Shown: positions 20,473-31,531, counted from the stretch's first letter. The stretch: 64,000 nt of DNA from Desulfobacterales bacterium (GCA_963675805.2 CAXXNU010000019.1:388929-452928), one strand, 5' to 3'. A program made the numbers and translations. The notes: generated by a model from the letters alone, not told the origin.

Positions 20473-20584
20473 GTGAATTAAACTAATGAAATGATAAATA
20501 TTTCATGTTAAATTTTTCGATAATGATGTAATGATGTAAGATAAGAACCATGCCGTTTTAATCACTTGTTTTATATATAAATAA

Positions 20585-21295
20585 ATGCTCATGCAAATGA
20601 AGAGACAAGATCATCTAAATGCCACATCCCGTGAAGATAGAATTTCCTTCTTTCATCCAGGACTTAATCCCATAAAAATGAAACTCTTGAATGATCATTT
20701 GAACCCAGGTTCGGTGTTGGATGTGGGGTGCGGAAATGGTTTGTATTCCTTTTTTTGTCAGAACACTTGTCCGGATGTGCTTCAGATTGATCTATATGAT
20801 CGCAGGGATATAAGATCGAGTAAACTGCCTTTTAAAATGATGAATGCGGAAGATCTTTCTGATTTGGATGGATCTTACGACAATATTATTGCATTTGATA
20901 TAATCGAACATCTGGATGATGATGGCCGTTTTTTGAATTCAGCATATCGTTTGCTAAAACATGGCGGGAAATTGATTGTGAGCGTGCCCAATGAAGACAA
21001 TTCTCTCCTGGAACAATTAAACCTTGCTCATATTCATTTTACCGATAAAACCCATCGGCGGGAATATTCAGCGGAAAAATTGCATGCGCTTGTCCAGAAG
21101 GCGGGATTCGCTGTGATTGAAATTATACCACATGTGAATCGTTCAATCGTCAACATGCCGCGCATCCTTAAAAAACCTAATGCGTTTTCCAAAATCATGG
21201 CCATGCTGATTATTTTTCAGATCAGGTTTTTTTTTCTGACCGGTCTATTCGAAAATCATGTGGTGGCTGACTGGTTTGGCGTATTTAGAAAATAA
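20585..21295 (+). CDS. Class I SAM-dependent methyltransferase
   Basis: Motif I VLDVGCGNGLYS, followed by IIAFDIIEHLDDD and LKHGGKLIVSVPN. Confidence 0.75.
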   Translation: MLMQMKRQDHLNATSREDRISFFHPGLNPIKMKLLNDHLNPGSVLDVGCGNGLYSFFCQNTCPDVLQIDLYDRRDIRSSKLPFKMMNAEDLSDLDGSYDNIIAFDIIEHLDDDGRFLNSAYRLLKHGGKLIVSVPNEDNSLLEQLNLAHIHFTDKTHRREYSAEKLHALVQKAGFAVIEIIPHVNRSIVNMPRILKKPNAFSKIMAMLIIFQIRFFFLTGLFENHVVADWFGVFRK

Positions 21296-21576
21296 ATATC
21301 TCCTGTCCGATTTATTTAACAATTATGAGTTGTTTTGGGCCTGATGATAATCTATCCGATTCAAAAGCGATGAAATTCTTTTTTGAAATAGACCCTGGGC
21401 TATTAAACTAACAATTAAGGTATGCATTATGGAATTAATGAATCCATGCTTGATACTTAAATTAATTATTTTGGTTGGTATTTTGTCCAAACAGCTAATT
21501 CCCAAGCAATATATTGAAAGCAAAGCTTATGGCCAAGTTAGCTGGTGGCCAATGTAATATTTTTTAGGATAATGTT

Positions 21577-22524
21577 ATGAATAGAAATGTCGCTTTAGAT
21601 TTTCTGAGAATAACATTAGCTTGCATGGTTGTTGGATTACATGCAGGATTCTTATGTGATATAACATCAATTGGTTATTATTTAACAGTAAACGGGATAT
21701 TCAGGATAGCTGTCCCTGTTTTTATATTAATTAATGGCTTCTACTTTTTCCCTGTCATATCTAAAGGAAGAACTTTTAGTTGGTATAAAAGAATTTTATT
21801 TCTTTATTCGTTTTGGATGCTATTTTATTCATACTTTTGGTTCACCCCGAATGAGATTTTTTCTGGTAGAATGGCCAGGATTGTAATTTTCGGATATCTG
21901 CATTTATGGTATCTGCCAGGCATATTAGGCGCATCTGTTTTAGTTATGCTCCTTAAGGATATTTCTTTGAGGATAATGATTCCAGGAATTATATTTGTTT
22001 ATTTTGTAGGGATAGTGATCCAATATATGGGGAATTATCAGTTAGTGGAAGATCCACTTATAGCTAAATGGTTAAGTTACACCTGGATAGACAGAAATTT
22101 TTTTTTCTTTGCATTTCCATTTTTTTATATTGGTTTCATTTTAAATAAATATCATTTACACGAAAAACTATCCTTTAAATGGTCATTAGCAATAGCTTTT
22201 ATTAGCTTCCTCTTTCTGTTGATTGAATCCCTTTTTAATTTTATTAATTCGCCAAGTAACGCAGGATTTGATATGTTCGCTTCTCTTTTATTGGTATGCC
22301 CTTCAGTGTTCCTCTTGTTTGTCAATATTGAGTATTATGGCCAAAGTAAAGGAGTGGCTTTATTTTCAACTGGGGTTTACTTTATCCATAAAATTTTTTT
22401 AATTGTTTTAAGTAAATTTACGGATTTTGATAAAACATTATTAACCTTGATCGTTATTATTTTGTCAATTATTTCATCATTCTTTTTAATAGAAATAAAT
22501 AAAAGAATTAAATTTATATTATGA
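21577..22524 (+). CDS. Acyltransferase-3 family membrane O-acyltransferase
   Basis: 315 aa with about 10 TM spans. The N-terminus VALDFLRITLACMVVGLHAGF is characteristic. Confidence 0.65.
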   Translation: MNRNVALDFLRITLACMVVGLHAGFLCDITSIGYYLTVNGIFRIAVPVFILINGFYFFPVISKGRTFSWYKRILFLYSFWMLFYSYFWFTPNEIFSGRMARIVIFGYLHLWYLPGILGASVLVMLLKDISLRIMIPGIIFVYFVGIVIQYMGNYQLVEDPLIAKWLSYTWIDRNFFFFAFPFFYIGFILNKYHLHEKLSFKWSLAIAFISFLFLLIESLFNFINSPSNAGFDMFASLLLVCPSVFLLFVNIEYYGQSKGVALFSTGVYFIHKIFLIVLSKFTDFDKTLLTLIVIILSIISSFFLIEINKRIKFIL

Positions 22525-22705
22525 CGATATGCAATTAAGCAATTTTTATTAATGACATCAAATTGGAAAGGAAGTTTGAATTTTCATTCATTGCTTCTAA
22601 TTGTATTTCTTCTCGGGAATATCTATTTTTGAAAATAAAACTGATTTTAAATTTTCATCTTGTAAATATTCTTTGTTTATTAAATAAATTCTTAAACTTT
22701 TACTA

Positions 22706-23749
22706 ATGTCTCGAATTTTAATAATCAGCTATGATTTTTCAAAGAAAGGCGGAATTGAGCATATTAGTATGCTTGTCGCTCAAGCTTTAAGAGTGAAACA
22801 TCAAATAACAACACTTTCGAGAAAAAGCGATTCAATAATACATTCTCTTTTTAAGGATATTAATGTTGTACGGAACTGTATGGAAGCTGATATTGTAGTA
22901 TTTATGCATCCTTTCTTATATCAGAAATATCGTTTGGTTATCCCAAAATCTGTTAAACTAATTGTATGGGCTCATGGTATTGAGGTTTGGGGGAACTGGG
23001 GTAGGGCAAAAAATCCGAATTTATCGCTTTGTGATAAAATTATTGCGGTAAGTAATTATACCAAAAATAGAATCAAAGAAAATTGGCCTAAAGCAGATGT
23101 CGAAGTTGTATATAATTCAATAGATATTAACAAAAAAATTTCCGAAGAAATTCAGTTTTCAGAAAAAAAAGATATGATAATTGTAAGTAGGATGTCTTCT
23201 AAAGAGCAATATAAAGGGCATGAAATCGTTTTTAAATCTTTATCCCTACTAAATAAATTTGATTCTAAAATTTCTCCCATCCTTCATATCGTTGGCGACG
23301 GTGATGATAGAGTTCGTTTGGAAAGAGTTGCCAAGTCTTTAAATGTTTTTAACCAATGTATTTTTCATGGATTTTTAAATGATCATGAAATTAGCTCTGT
23401 ATATTCGAAGAGTCGCCTTTTTGTTATGCCTAGCTATGTAAGGAAAAGTAATAAAAAAATCTGGGGGGGGGAAGGTTTCGGTTTGGTTTACTTGGAAGCT
23501 GGTGCAAACAAGATTCCAAGCATCGCATGTGATGAAGGGGGGCAAGTTGAGTGTATTATTGATGGCAAAACAGGTTTTCTTGTCAGGCCAAACGAAATAG
23601 AAGTAGCTGATAAAATTCAATTATTAATTAATAATTCTGATTTGTCCCAAAAAATGGGTCTTGCTGCCTACGAGAATGTTGTCCAAAATTTTTCATTTAT
23701 TCAATTTCAGAAAAATGTTCTTTCATTAGTTGATCGTCTTCTTAATTAA
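22706..23749 (+). CDS. Glycosyltransferase family 4
   Basis: EX7E-type region EGFGLVYLEAGANKIPSIACDEGGQVECIIDGKTGFLV. Confidence 0.75.
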   Translation: MSRILIISYDFSKKGGIEHISMLVAQALRVKHQITTLSRKSDSIIHSLFKDINVVRNCMEADIVVFMHPFLYQKYRLVIPKSVKLIVWAHGIEVWGNWGRAKNPNLSLCDKIIAVSNYTKNRIKENWPKADVEVVYNSIDINKKISEEIQFSEKKDMIIVSRMSSKEQYKGHEIVFKSLSLLNKFDSKISPILHIVGDGDDRVRLERVAKSLNVFNQCIFHGFLNDHEISSVYSKSRLFVMPSYVRKSNKKIWGGEGFGLVYLEAGANKIPSIACDEGGQVECIIDGKTGFLVRPNEIEVADKIQLLINNSDLSQKMGLAAYENVVQNFSFIQFQKNVLSLVDRLLN

Positions 23750-23789
23750 AGTACTTTTTTATTATTAAGTTGCAGAAAACACTAAGCTG

Positions 23790-25625
23790 ATGTGCTCTAT
23801 ATACGGTTCAATAAATATCTCCAATTGTATTGATTTTTCGTCTCTTCTTCATCACCGGGGGCCGGATGGCAGCGGCATTTTTGAAGATAATACTGCACAG
23901 GTGGTGCTCGGGCACACCCGGCTTTCAATTATCGATCTCTCTGATCATGCCCGCCAGCCCATGCTTGATCGTTCCGGGCAATATATTATCGTTTTTAATG
24001 GTGAAATATACAATTATAAGGGATTAAGAAAAGAGTTAACCAGTCTGAATGTTTCTTTTTGCACCGAATCTGATACGGAAGTGGTGCTGGAGTGTTTCAA
24101 GCAATACGGACATGACTGCGTGAATCGCTTTCGGGGGATGTTCGCTTTTTGTATTTATGACAAATATGAAAAGAAGTTATTTCTGGCAAGAGACCGCTTC
24201 GGGATCAAGCCGCTCTTGTATGCGTCAATTAATGGCGGCTTTGTTTTCTGCTCTGAGCTGAAGCCGTTGATAAAAAGCGGGCTTTTTACAAATAAAATTG
24301 ACAGACAGGCACTTGCCGATTTTCTGCAGTTTGGCTCAGTTTCTCAACCCCGAACCATTATTGAAGGCGTCCGTCACTTACTCCCGGGGCATCACATGAC
24401 CGTGGATATGGCAGGCAATGTTGAAACAGAAAGATACTATGATTTTGTCAAGCAAGCATTTAAACAGGATCTGGCAAAAATTTCATTTTCAGATGCAGTT
24501 GATTTGGTCCGCATCAGACTTGAGGCGGCCACACGGTATCATATGGTGGCGGATGTCGAAGTCGGGGCTTTTTTGAGCGGCGGTATAGATTCCACTGCCG
24601 TGGTGGCCTTGATGAATCGTTATACGGATCGGCCGATTAAAACGTTTTCTGTTGGATTTGAAAACAAAACCGAAGTGACCGATGAAAGTGCGATTGCCAA
24701 GGAGACTGCCGGAAAATTAGGATGTGAGCATTTTGATGTGATTGTTGGAGATCATGACGTTGCAGATTGGTTTGACGGATTTATCGATTCCATTGATCAG
24801 CCGAGTGTTGACGGTTTTAATACCTTTATCGTCAGCAAGATGGCAAGCGACCATGTCAAAGTTGTACTTTCCGGACTGGGTGGAGACGAAATTTTTGCGG
24901 GGTATGATCATTTTCAGCAAATTTTTGAGCAGACTGGTCAACCATTAAAGTTTTGGAGCTCAGGGCTGCAATATATTCACTGGCTGCATCCTAATCGTTA
25001 TCTGAAAGCATTTGCTTTCAGAGGGCTCGATCCTCTGGAAGCCATTTTTTTGCAGCGAAGACTGCCGAGACAAAATCTGTCTTTAGAAAATATCGTCTCT
25101 GATTTCAATGAAAAGGGCCATGCACATATTTCAGGCTATGAAAACCTGAGTATTCTCCAGAAGATCAGTGCCTGTGAAATATATAATTATCTTTTAAACA
25201 CTTTGCTGCGGGATAGTGATGTCATGAGTATGGCACATTCCTTAGAGCTACGGCCGGTTCTGTTGGATCATGAACTGGTTGAAACCGCGTTTGCGCTTCC
25301 GGACGCGTTTAAAATCAGAAATGGATTAAAAAAAGCGATCTTTATTGAGTCGGTGAAGGATTTAATTCCTGAAAAAGTTTACAAACGACGTAAAACCGGC
25401 TTTCAAATGCCGCTGGCATCATGGATGAACGGGCCGCTGAGGGATAGGGTGATAAAAGTCTTCTCTTCAGAAACGGCCGGCCGGATTTTTGGGCCGTCAA
25501 CCATTAAAAAATTACTGCGATCCTCTGGCAGCAAGAATTTACGGGCAAATGCATGGCGGGATTTTGTTCTGATAAGCTGGCTGGAATCAAGTGGCGTTGA
25601 AATTGATGATCGGGCATATCAATAA
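23790..25625 (+). CDS. Asparagine synthase (glutamine-hydrolysing)-type amidotransferase, glycan-cluster type
   Basis: Has the N-terminal nucleophile Cys2 (MCSIYGS), GHTRLSIIDLS and the PP-loop AFLSGGIDST. 611 aa. Confidence 0.8.
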   Translation: MCSIYGSINISNCIDFSSLLHHRGPDGSGIFEDNTAQVVLGHTRLSIIDLSDHARQPMLDRSGQYIIVFNGEIYNYKGLRKELTSLNVSFCTESDTEVVLECFKQYGHDCVNRFRGMFAFCIYDKYEKKLFLARDRFGIKPLLYASINGGFVFCSELKPLIKSGLFTNKIDRQALADFLQFGSVSQPRTIIEGVRHLLPGHHMTVDMAGNVETERYYDFVKQAFKQDLAKISFSDAVDLVRIRLEAATRYHMVADVEVGAFLSGGIDSTAVVALMNRYTDRPIKTFSVGFENKTEVTDESAIAKETAGKLGCEHFDVIVGDHDVADWFDGFIDSIDQPSVDGFNTFIVSKMASDHVKVVLSGLGGDEIFAGYDHFQQIFEQTGQPLKFWSSGLQYIHWLHPNRYLKAFAFRGLDPLEAIFLQRRLPRQNLSLENIVSDFNEKGHAHISGYENLSILQKISACEIYNYLLNTLLRDSDVMSMAHSLELRPVLLDHELVETAFALPDAFKIRNGLKKAIFIESVKDLIPEKVYKRRKTGFQMPLASWMNGPLRDRVIKVFSSETAGRIFGPSTIKKLLRSSGSKNLRANAWRDFVLISWLESSGVEIDDRAYQ

Positions 25626-25712
25626 ATATTTTTATCAATAACGAAAAAGATTATATCTGCTTAAAAACCGAATGATAAAATTTGTTTTGAAATTTTCGGA
25701 TAAAGATAATTT

Positions 25713-26945
25713 ATGAAAATTTTGCATATCGTTGGTGGCAATCTTGCCGGGGGCGCTGCCCGGGGGGCTTATTGGCTCCACAAGGGATTATTGGATATAG
25801 GAATCGATTCCGCAGTGCTCACTAATTCGGAGGAAACATTTGGTGATGAGAGCGTTTTCCCCATTGCCAAAGATAAAATAGGTAAACTTTTGGTGTTGAT
25901 TAGAGACCAGGCGGATTCTTCTTTGCAGATGCTTTATCAAAAGGATAAACAACTCCGTTTCAGTGCCGGGATGTTTGGATATGATTTTACCCGGACGGAT
26001 GTATACAAAAAAGCCGATATCGTTCATCTGCACTGGATTTGCGGGGGAATGGTCAATATCCGGCATCTCAGTAAGATTAAAAAACCAATTGTATGGACAA
26101 TGCGGGATATGTGGCCAATGACCGGGGGATGCCATATTGCCATGGATTGTAAACGGTATATTTCAGGATGCGGGAGATGTCCCCAAATAGGCAATAGAAA
26201 AAATGCTGACTTTTCCCGTTTTGTGTGGCGAAGAAAACACAAACATTTTCCCAAACATATGAAGCTGGTTGGGATCAGCCAATGGCTTACCAACTCTGCA
26301 CATGAGAGTTTATTGTTAAAGCGTTTTGATGTACAAACAATTCATAATAATGTAAGCTGCCGCGATTTTTTCCCTGTTAATAAGCGAAGTGCCAGGGATT
26401 TGCTGGGGCTTCCTCAAGATCAACCGATTGTTCTTTCCGGTGGATTAAATCTGAACCAGCCTTTTAAAGGATTTAATTTATATCTGGAAGCCATACAGAA
26501 AACTATTTCTCAGAAACCGCTTTTTGTTTTTTTTGGCAAGATCCCGCCGGGTGCCTTGAAATCGTCCGGGTATGACTATCTGAGCCTGGGCACGTTACAT
26601 GATACGATTTCATTGAGACTGGCCTATTCGGCTGCCGATGTATTTGTGGCCCCTTCGCTTTACGATAGTTTCGGGAAAACCCTGGCTGAAGCCATGGCCT
26701 GCGGAACGCCTGTTGTCTGTTTTAATGCAACAGGGCCTAAGGACATAGTCGATCACAAAATTAATGGATATCTGGCTCAACCCTACGATCCTAAAGATAT
26801 GGCGAATGGGATCGATTGGGTGATCAACAATGAGCCGGCCCAACGAGAGAGACTTTCGGCTGAAGCGAGAAAGAAAGTGCTGGCTTGTTTTGATGCAAGT
26901 GTCATCGCGCGCAAATATCTCGAGCTTTATAAAAGTCTTTTTTAG
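25713..26945 (+). CDS. Glycosyltransferase family 4
   Basis: MKILHIVGGNLAGGAARGAYWL...SFGKTLAEAMACGTPVVCFNATGPKDIVDHKINGYLA. Confidence 0.75.
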   Translation: MKILHIVGGNLAGGAARGAYWLHKGLLDIGIDSAVLTNSEETFGDESVFPIAKDKIGKLLVLIRDQADSSLQMLYQKDKQLRFSAGMFGYDFTRTDVYKKADIVHLHWICGGMVNIRHLSKIKKPIVWTMRDMWPMTGGCHIAMDCKRYISGCGRCPQIGNRKNADFSRFVWRRKHKHFPKHMKLVGISQWLTNSAHESLLLKRFDVQTIHNNVSCRDFFPVNKRSARDLLGLPQDQPIVLSGGLNLNQPFKGFNLYLEAIQKTISQKPLFVFFGKIPPGALKSSGYDYLSLGTLHDTISLRLAYSAADVFVAPSLYDSFGKTLAEAMACGTPVVCFNATGPKDIVDHKINGYLAQPYDPKDMANGIDWVINNEPAQRERLSAEARKKVLACFDASVIARKYLELYKSLF

Positions 26946-26994
26946 AAGTTGTGGCGTTATTTTTGAAGTTTGTAAAAGACGTAAATGCAACTAT

Positions 26995-27840
26995 ATGCGC
27001 ATGAATACCCCAAGAATCTCAGTGATTGTGCCGTCTTTCAACCAGGGTCAGTTTCTGGAGCGGACCCTGGTTTCTATTTTGGATCAAAATTATGAGAATC
27101 TGGAATTAATTATCATTGACGGCGGTTCAACTGATGAGACGCTGTCTATAATTAGAAAATATGAAAAATTCATTGACTATTGGGTTTCCGAGCCGGACAA
27201 GGGACAGTCTCATGCGTTGAACAAAGGTCTTGAAAAAGCTAACGGCGACATTTTCGCCTGGCAGAACAGTGATGATTTATATTTGCCGAAAGCTTTTGGG
27301 GCGGTGGCGGAGATTTTCAGATACCACCCGAACATCGCTGCCTGCTATGGCAACTGGATGTCCATTGATGAAAATGATTGTCAGATTGGCCGCCATTACG
27401 CGCTTTTGCCACGCCTTCCCCATGCCCCTTATGAGAACATGGATTGCTACAATCAGAGCATGTTCTGGCGGATGCATGTTTGCCGGGCTTGTGGCGGATT
27501 TGATCAAAATCTTCACTGCCTGATGGATGCGGATTTCATCATCCGGACTCTGCAATATGCCGGTCCGGAAAGATTTTACCGGATGGATGCGTTTCTGGGG
27601 GCGTTCCGGTGGCACAGCGCCCAGAAGACGGCTTTTGATGAGCGGACGAAACAACAGCAGGCAGAAGAAACTTATTTGATGAATAAATTTGCCTTTCCAG
27701 CGGAAACCAGCATAAAGGGCAAATATTACCGGCTGCGGTATCGGTTTGCCCAGTTGTTTCAGTCTTTGTATTTTGGGGGGCCTGCCTACACAAAGAAAAA
27801 ATTTTTACAAACATATCGGCGACGAGGAAAATTTCTTTAA
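26995..27840 (+). CDS. Glycosyltransferase family 2
   Basis: The track ORF starts at 26830, inside the upstream gene. ATG 26995 gives MRMNTPRISVIVPSFNQGQFLERTLVSILDQ...IIIDGGSTDET...SDDLY. Confidence 0.75.
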   Translation: MRMNTPRISVIVPSFNQGQFLERTLVSILDQNYENLELIIIDGGSTDETLSIIRKYEKFIDYWVSEPDKGQSHALNKGLEKANGDIFAWQNSDDLYLPKAFGAVAEIFRYHPNIAACYGNWMSIDENDCQIGRHYALLPRLPHAPYENMDCYNQSMFWRMHVCRACGGFDQNLHCLMDADFIIRTLQYAGPERFYRMDAFLGAFRWHSAQKTAFDERTKQQQAEETYLMNKFAFPAETSIKGKYYRLRYRFAQLFQSLYFGGPAYTKKKFLQTYRRRGKFL

Positions 27841-27878
27841 ATTCAAATATTTATATTCCACTGAACTATTATTGGATT

Positions 27879-28439
27879 ATGGCACTTTTAACAAATTTTT
27901 TAATTAAATGGCGATATCATATTATTTCCCCGTATGTCGCGGGCAATGTCCTGGATATTGGTTGCGGGGATGGAGGCGTCTATGGGTTGTTTAAAAAAAA
28001 TATTCAGACCTATTATGGCATCGACTGCAACTTGAGGAGAATAAAGCAATTAAGATCAGAAACCGGAAATGAGAATTTTTTTTGTCGGGATCTTGATACA
28101 GAGCTGATTGCTATTTCAGAGAAGTTTGATGTGATTTTGATGGTTGCTGTGATTGAGCACATCTGGAACCAGAAATTTTTGCTTCAGCAGGTTGCTGATA
28201 TGCTGAATTCTTCCGGAAAGATAGTTATCACAACCCCCACACCGTTTGGCAATGATGTGGTGCATGCGATTGGGGCACGTCTGGGTCTTTTCGCGAAATC
28301 GGCAGTAGCCGATCATGTGGTGATTTATAATCGACGCCGGTTTATCATCCTGGAAAATGAGTTTCATCTAAAATTGAAAAAATACAAACGATTCCAATTT
28401 TTTTGCAATCAACTGGCTGTTTTTGAGAAAACAGAATAG
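27879..28439 (+). CDS. Class I SAM-dependent methyltransferase
   Basis: Motif I VLDIGCGDGGVYG, followed by ILMVAVIEHI and SSGKIVITTP. Confidence 0.7.
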   Translation: MALLTNFLIKWRYHIISPYVAGNVLDIGCGDGGVYGLFKKNIQTYYGIDCNLRRIKQLRSETGNENFFCRDLDTELIAISEKFDVILMVAVIEHIWNQKFLLQQVADMLNSSGKIVITTPTPFGNDVVHAIGARLGLFAKSAVADHVVIYNRRRFIILENEFHLKLKKYKRFQFFCNQLAVFEKTE

Positions 28440-28472
28440 TCGACCGCATCAATTTGAATAGAGGATTTATCA

Positions 28473-29222
28473 ATGAACTTCAGTCTCCGGCGGCAATTGT
28501 TGAATTTGATTTCTGATACCCCCATGGAATCCTTTGCCAGAAAAACTTATATGTTTTTATTTCAAAAGGAGAATTTTTATACGGATCGGCTGACAAAGCA
28601 TGTTCTGGAAAAGGTGCTTCAACCGACATCCAACTGTATCGACATCGGATGTTACCGGGGAGAAATTCTGCGGCATATGGTGCGGCTGTCACCAAAAGGC
28701 AAAATCTTTGCCGTGGAGCCGAGTCCGTATCATCATGAATTTCTGGAGAAGAAGTTTCCACAGGTGAAAATTTTCCCGGTGGCGCTGGACAATATGACTG
28801 GATTCAAAACGTTTCATTTTGACCGGAATCACCCGGCCCGCAGCGGTCTCTTGACGGGAAGAAATGTGGACGAGGAAGTTGAAGAAATCCGTTTGCGGGT
28901 GGAAAAATTGGATAATCTGATTCCTGAAGATGTAAAAATTGACCTGATCAAAATTGATGTGGAAGGCGCGGAATACGGGGTGCTCAGGGGAGGGCGGAAT
29001 GTGGTCCGGCGAAGCCGGCCGGTCATTATTTTTGAGCACGGTGCGGGTGCTTCGCAACTGTATGGACAAACCTCCGGCGATCTCTATGATCTGATTTGCG
29101 AAGAACTCGGGCTTCAGGTTTCCAGCATGGACCGGTGGCTGGATGATCAATTTTCCATAGATCGAAAAACATTTATCGATTTCGTGAATTCTGGAAAATA
29201 TTCGGATTTTATTGCATTTTAA
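28473..29222 (+). CDS. FkbM-family methyltransferase
   Basis: CIDIGCYRGEIL and IDLIKIDVEGAEYGVLRGG are typical of FkbM-type enzymes. Confidence 0.75.
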   Translation: MNFSLRRQLLNLISDTPMESFARKTYMFLFQKENFYTDRLTKHVLEKVLQPTSNCIDIGCYRGEILRHMVRLSPKGKIFAVEPSPYHHEFLEKKFPQVKIFPVALDNMTGFKTFHFDRNHPARSGLLTGRNVDEEVEEIRLRVEKLDNLIPEDVKIDLIKIDVEGAEYGVLRGGRNVVRRSRPVIIFEHGAGASQLYGQTSGDLYDLICEELGLQVSSMDRWLDDQFSIDRKTFIDFVNSGKYSDFIAF

Positions 29223-29383
29223 ATTTTTTCCATGATGGATGCTGATCAAATAAACAGAAAAATCTCAACAGCAGCGTAATGATGACAAATCAAGAATTGA
29301 TAAGCATAATTATATCCTGCTTACAAAAATCAATGTTGGCGTATCACGGAGCTGCAAAATTTAACTGAGGAGAAGTGCTCTAT

Positions 29384-30340
29384 ATGAAAAAAGCCTTGAT
29401 TTGCGGCATTAGTGGGCAAGATGGTGCATACCTAGCCAGAATGCTGATTGAAAAGGGATACTCTGTTTATGGGACCTCCAGGGATTCTGAAATGGCGGAT
29501 TTTCAGAATTTGCACCGTCTTGGGGTCAATAGGCTGGTGTCGTTGATTTCTATGGCACCCACAGACTTTAGGAGTGTTTTAACAGCACTTACAAGGAGTG
29601 AGCCGGACGAAGTCTATTTTCTTGCTGGTCAAAGTTCCGTTGGCTTGTCTTTCGATCAACCCGTTGAAACATTAGAAAGCATAACGCTGGGTGCTTTAAA
29701 TCTTCTGGAAGCTGTAAGGTTTTTAGGTAAAAAAATCAAAATTTACCATGCCAGTTCAAGTGAATGCTTTGGGAATCTTGGACAAAACGCCGCTAATGAA
29801 GATATGCCATTTCGTCCCCGAAGTCCATATGCGGTTGCTAAAGCGTCAGCCCATTGGATGATCGTAAATTATAGGGAATCTTATAACTTGTTTGCATGCA
29901 ATGGTATTTTGTTCAATCATGAGTCTCCTTTGCGGCCGGCCCGTTTCGTCACGCGTAAGATTATCGATGCAGCAAACCGCATTGCAGATGGTTCACAGCA
30001 GAAATTAACCCTGGGGCGTCTGGATATCGTCCGCGACTGGGGGTGGGCACCTGAATATGTGGATGCCATGTGGCGGATGTTACAGCAGGATGAGGCGGAT
30101 GATTATATTATTGCAACTGAACAGTCTAATTCTTTGGCTGATTTTGTTGCTTGCGCGTTTGAACTTGTGAATTTAGATTGGAGGCGTCATGTTATTACTG
30201 ATCCGTCGCTATTTCGACCGGCGGATTTACTCTGGAGCCAGGGGAATGCCAGCAAAGCTCATAACATATTGGGGTGGCGTGCTTCATATAAAATGCAAGA
30301 TGTCATAAGAGGAATGATGGCTTCTGAAGATTCAGTATAA
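29384..30340 (+). CDS. gmd: GDP-mannose 4,6-dehydratase (short form)
   Basis: ALICGISGQDGAYLARMLIEKGY, SSECFG, PRSPYAVAKASAHWMIVNYRESYNLFACNGILFNHESPLRPARFVTRK and RDWGWAPEYVDAMWRMLQQDEADDY match Gmd closely. Confidence 0.9.
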   Translation: MKKALICGISGQDGAYLARMLIEKGYSVYGTSRDSEMADFQNLHRLGVNRLVSLISMAPTDFRSVLTALTRSEPDEVYFLAGQSSVGLSFDQPVETLESITLGALNLLEAVRFLGKKIKIYHASSSECFGNLGQNAANEDMPFRPRSPYAVAKASAHWMIVNYRESYNLFACNGILFNHESPLRPARFVTRKIIDAANRIADGSQQKLTLGRLDIVRDWGWAPEYVDAMWRMLQQDEADDYIIATEQSNSLADFVACAFELVNLDWRRHVITDPSLFRPADLLWSQGNASKAHNILGWRASYKMQDVIRGMMASEDSV

Positions 30341-30364
30341 ATCAACAAGGGGATACCTTTAGGT

Positions 30365-31531
30365 ATGATGAAGTTTCAAAAGAAAAAAATAGCCATGATT
30401 GGTCCGACATATCCATTTCGAGGTGGTATCTCTCATTATACGACATTGTTGTTCCGGCATCTTAAAAAGCGAAACAGCGTCAGGTTATTTGCTTTTTCTC
30501 GACAATATCCAAAATGGCTGTTCCCTGGCGAGACTGATAAAGATCCCAGTCAGGTTCCGCTCCGGGAGACCGGCGTTGAACATGCCATTGATTCAATAAA
30601 TCCTGTGACCTGGGTCAAGACCGCGCGAAAAATAAACCAATGGCATCCAGATTTGATAATTATTCCCTGGTGGGTTTCGTTTTGGGCTCCGCAGTTTCTT
30701 GTAATGATAAGTTTAATTAAAAGGGAATCCAATGCAAAGATATTATTCATTTGTCACAATGTAATAGCCCATGAATCCAAGGCTTATGATAGATTGCTGA
30801 CATGTTGGGTCCTTCGTAAAGGGGATATGCATATTGTCCATTCTGTTGAAGACAAGAACAACCTGCTTAAGATGCTGCCGGGGGCAAGAGTCTCCAGACA
30901 GTATCTTCCGACGTATGATGCTTTTCGTTTTCATGAGATTGAACCGGAAGTGTGCCGCAATGCCTTGGGGATATCCGGAGCGGTGATTCTTTTTTTCGGG
31001 TTTATTCGAGAATATAAGGGTTTGAAATATCTCATAGAGGCAATGCCGTTGATTCAAGTTGATGTGCCGGTGACACTGTTGATCGTGGGGGAGTTCTGGA
31101 AAGACAAAGCCGATTATATGGATATGATTGAGAAGATGGGGATCGGCAATCGCGTTAAAATTATTGATCGATATGTAAGCAATGAAGATGTGGGGCTGTA
31201 TTTCTGCGCCGCAGATCTTGTGGTGCAGCCTTATGTGTCCGGTACTGGAAGTGCTGTGGTGCAGCTTGCATTCGGATTCCATAAGCCAGTGGTGGCCACA
31301 ATGGTGGGGAGCCTTCCGGAGATTGTCGAAGATGGTAAAACCGGTTTCTTGGTTCCTCCAGGCGATAGCACTGCAATCAGCGATGCCGTGATCCGGTTTT
31401 TTAAAGAAGGTTGTGCGGAAGATTTCAAAGAGAATATCCTAAGGGAGCAATACCGATTTTCATGGGATCATCTGGTGGATGAGATAGAGAAGATGGCGGG
31501 AGTTGGGGGCGGAGTTGATCTCCGCCCGTAA
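30365..31531 (+). CDS. Glycosyltransferase family 4
   Basis: FGFIREYKGLKYLIEA...GTGSAVVQLAFGFHKPVVATMVGSLPEIVEDGKTGFLV. Confidence 0.7.
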   Translation: MMKFQKKKIAMIGPTYPFRGGISHYTTLLFRHLKKRNSVRLFAFSRQYPKWLFPGETDKDPSQVPLRETGVEHAIDSINPVTWVKTARKINQWHPDLIIIPWWVSFWAPQFLVMISLIKRESNAKILFICHNVIAHESKAYDRLLTCWVLRKGDMHIVHSVEDKNNLLKMLPGARVSRQYLPTYDAFRFHEIEPEVCRNALGISGAVILFFGFIREYKGLKYLIEAMPLIQVDVPVTLLIVGEFWKDKADYMDMIEKMGIGNRVKIIDRYVSNEDVGLYFCAADLVVQPYVSGTGSAVVQLAFGFHKPVVATMVGSLPEIVEDGKTGFLVPPGDSTAISDAVIRFFKEGCAEDFKENILREQYRFSWDHLVDEIEKMAGVGGGVDLRP

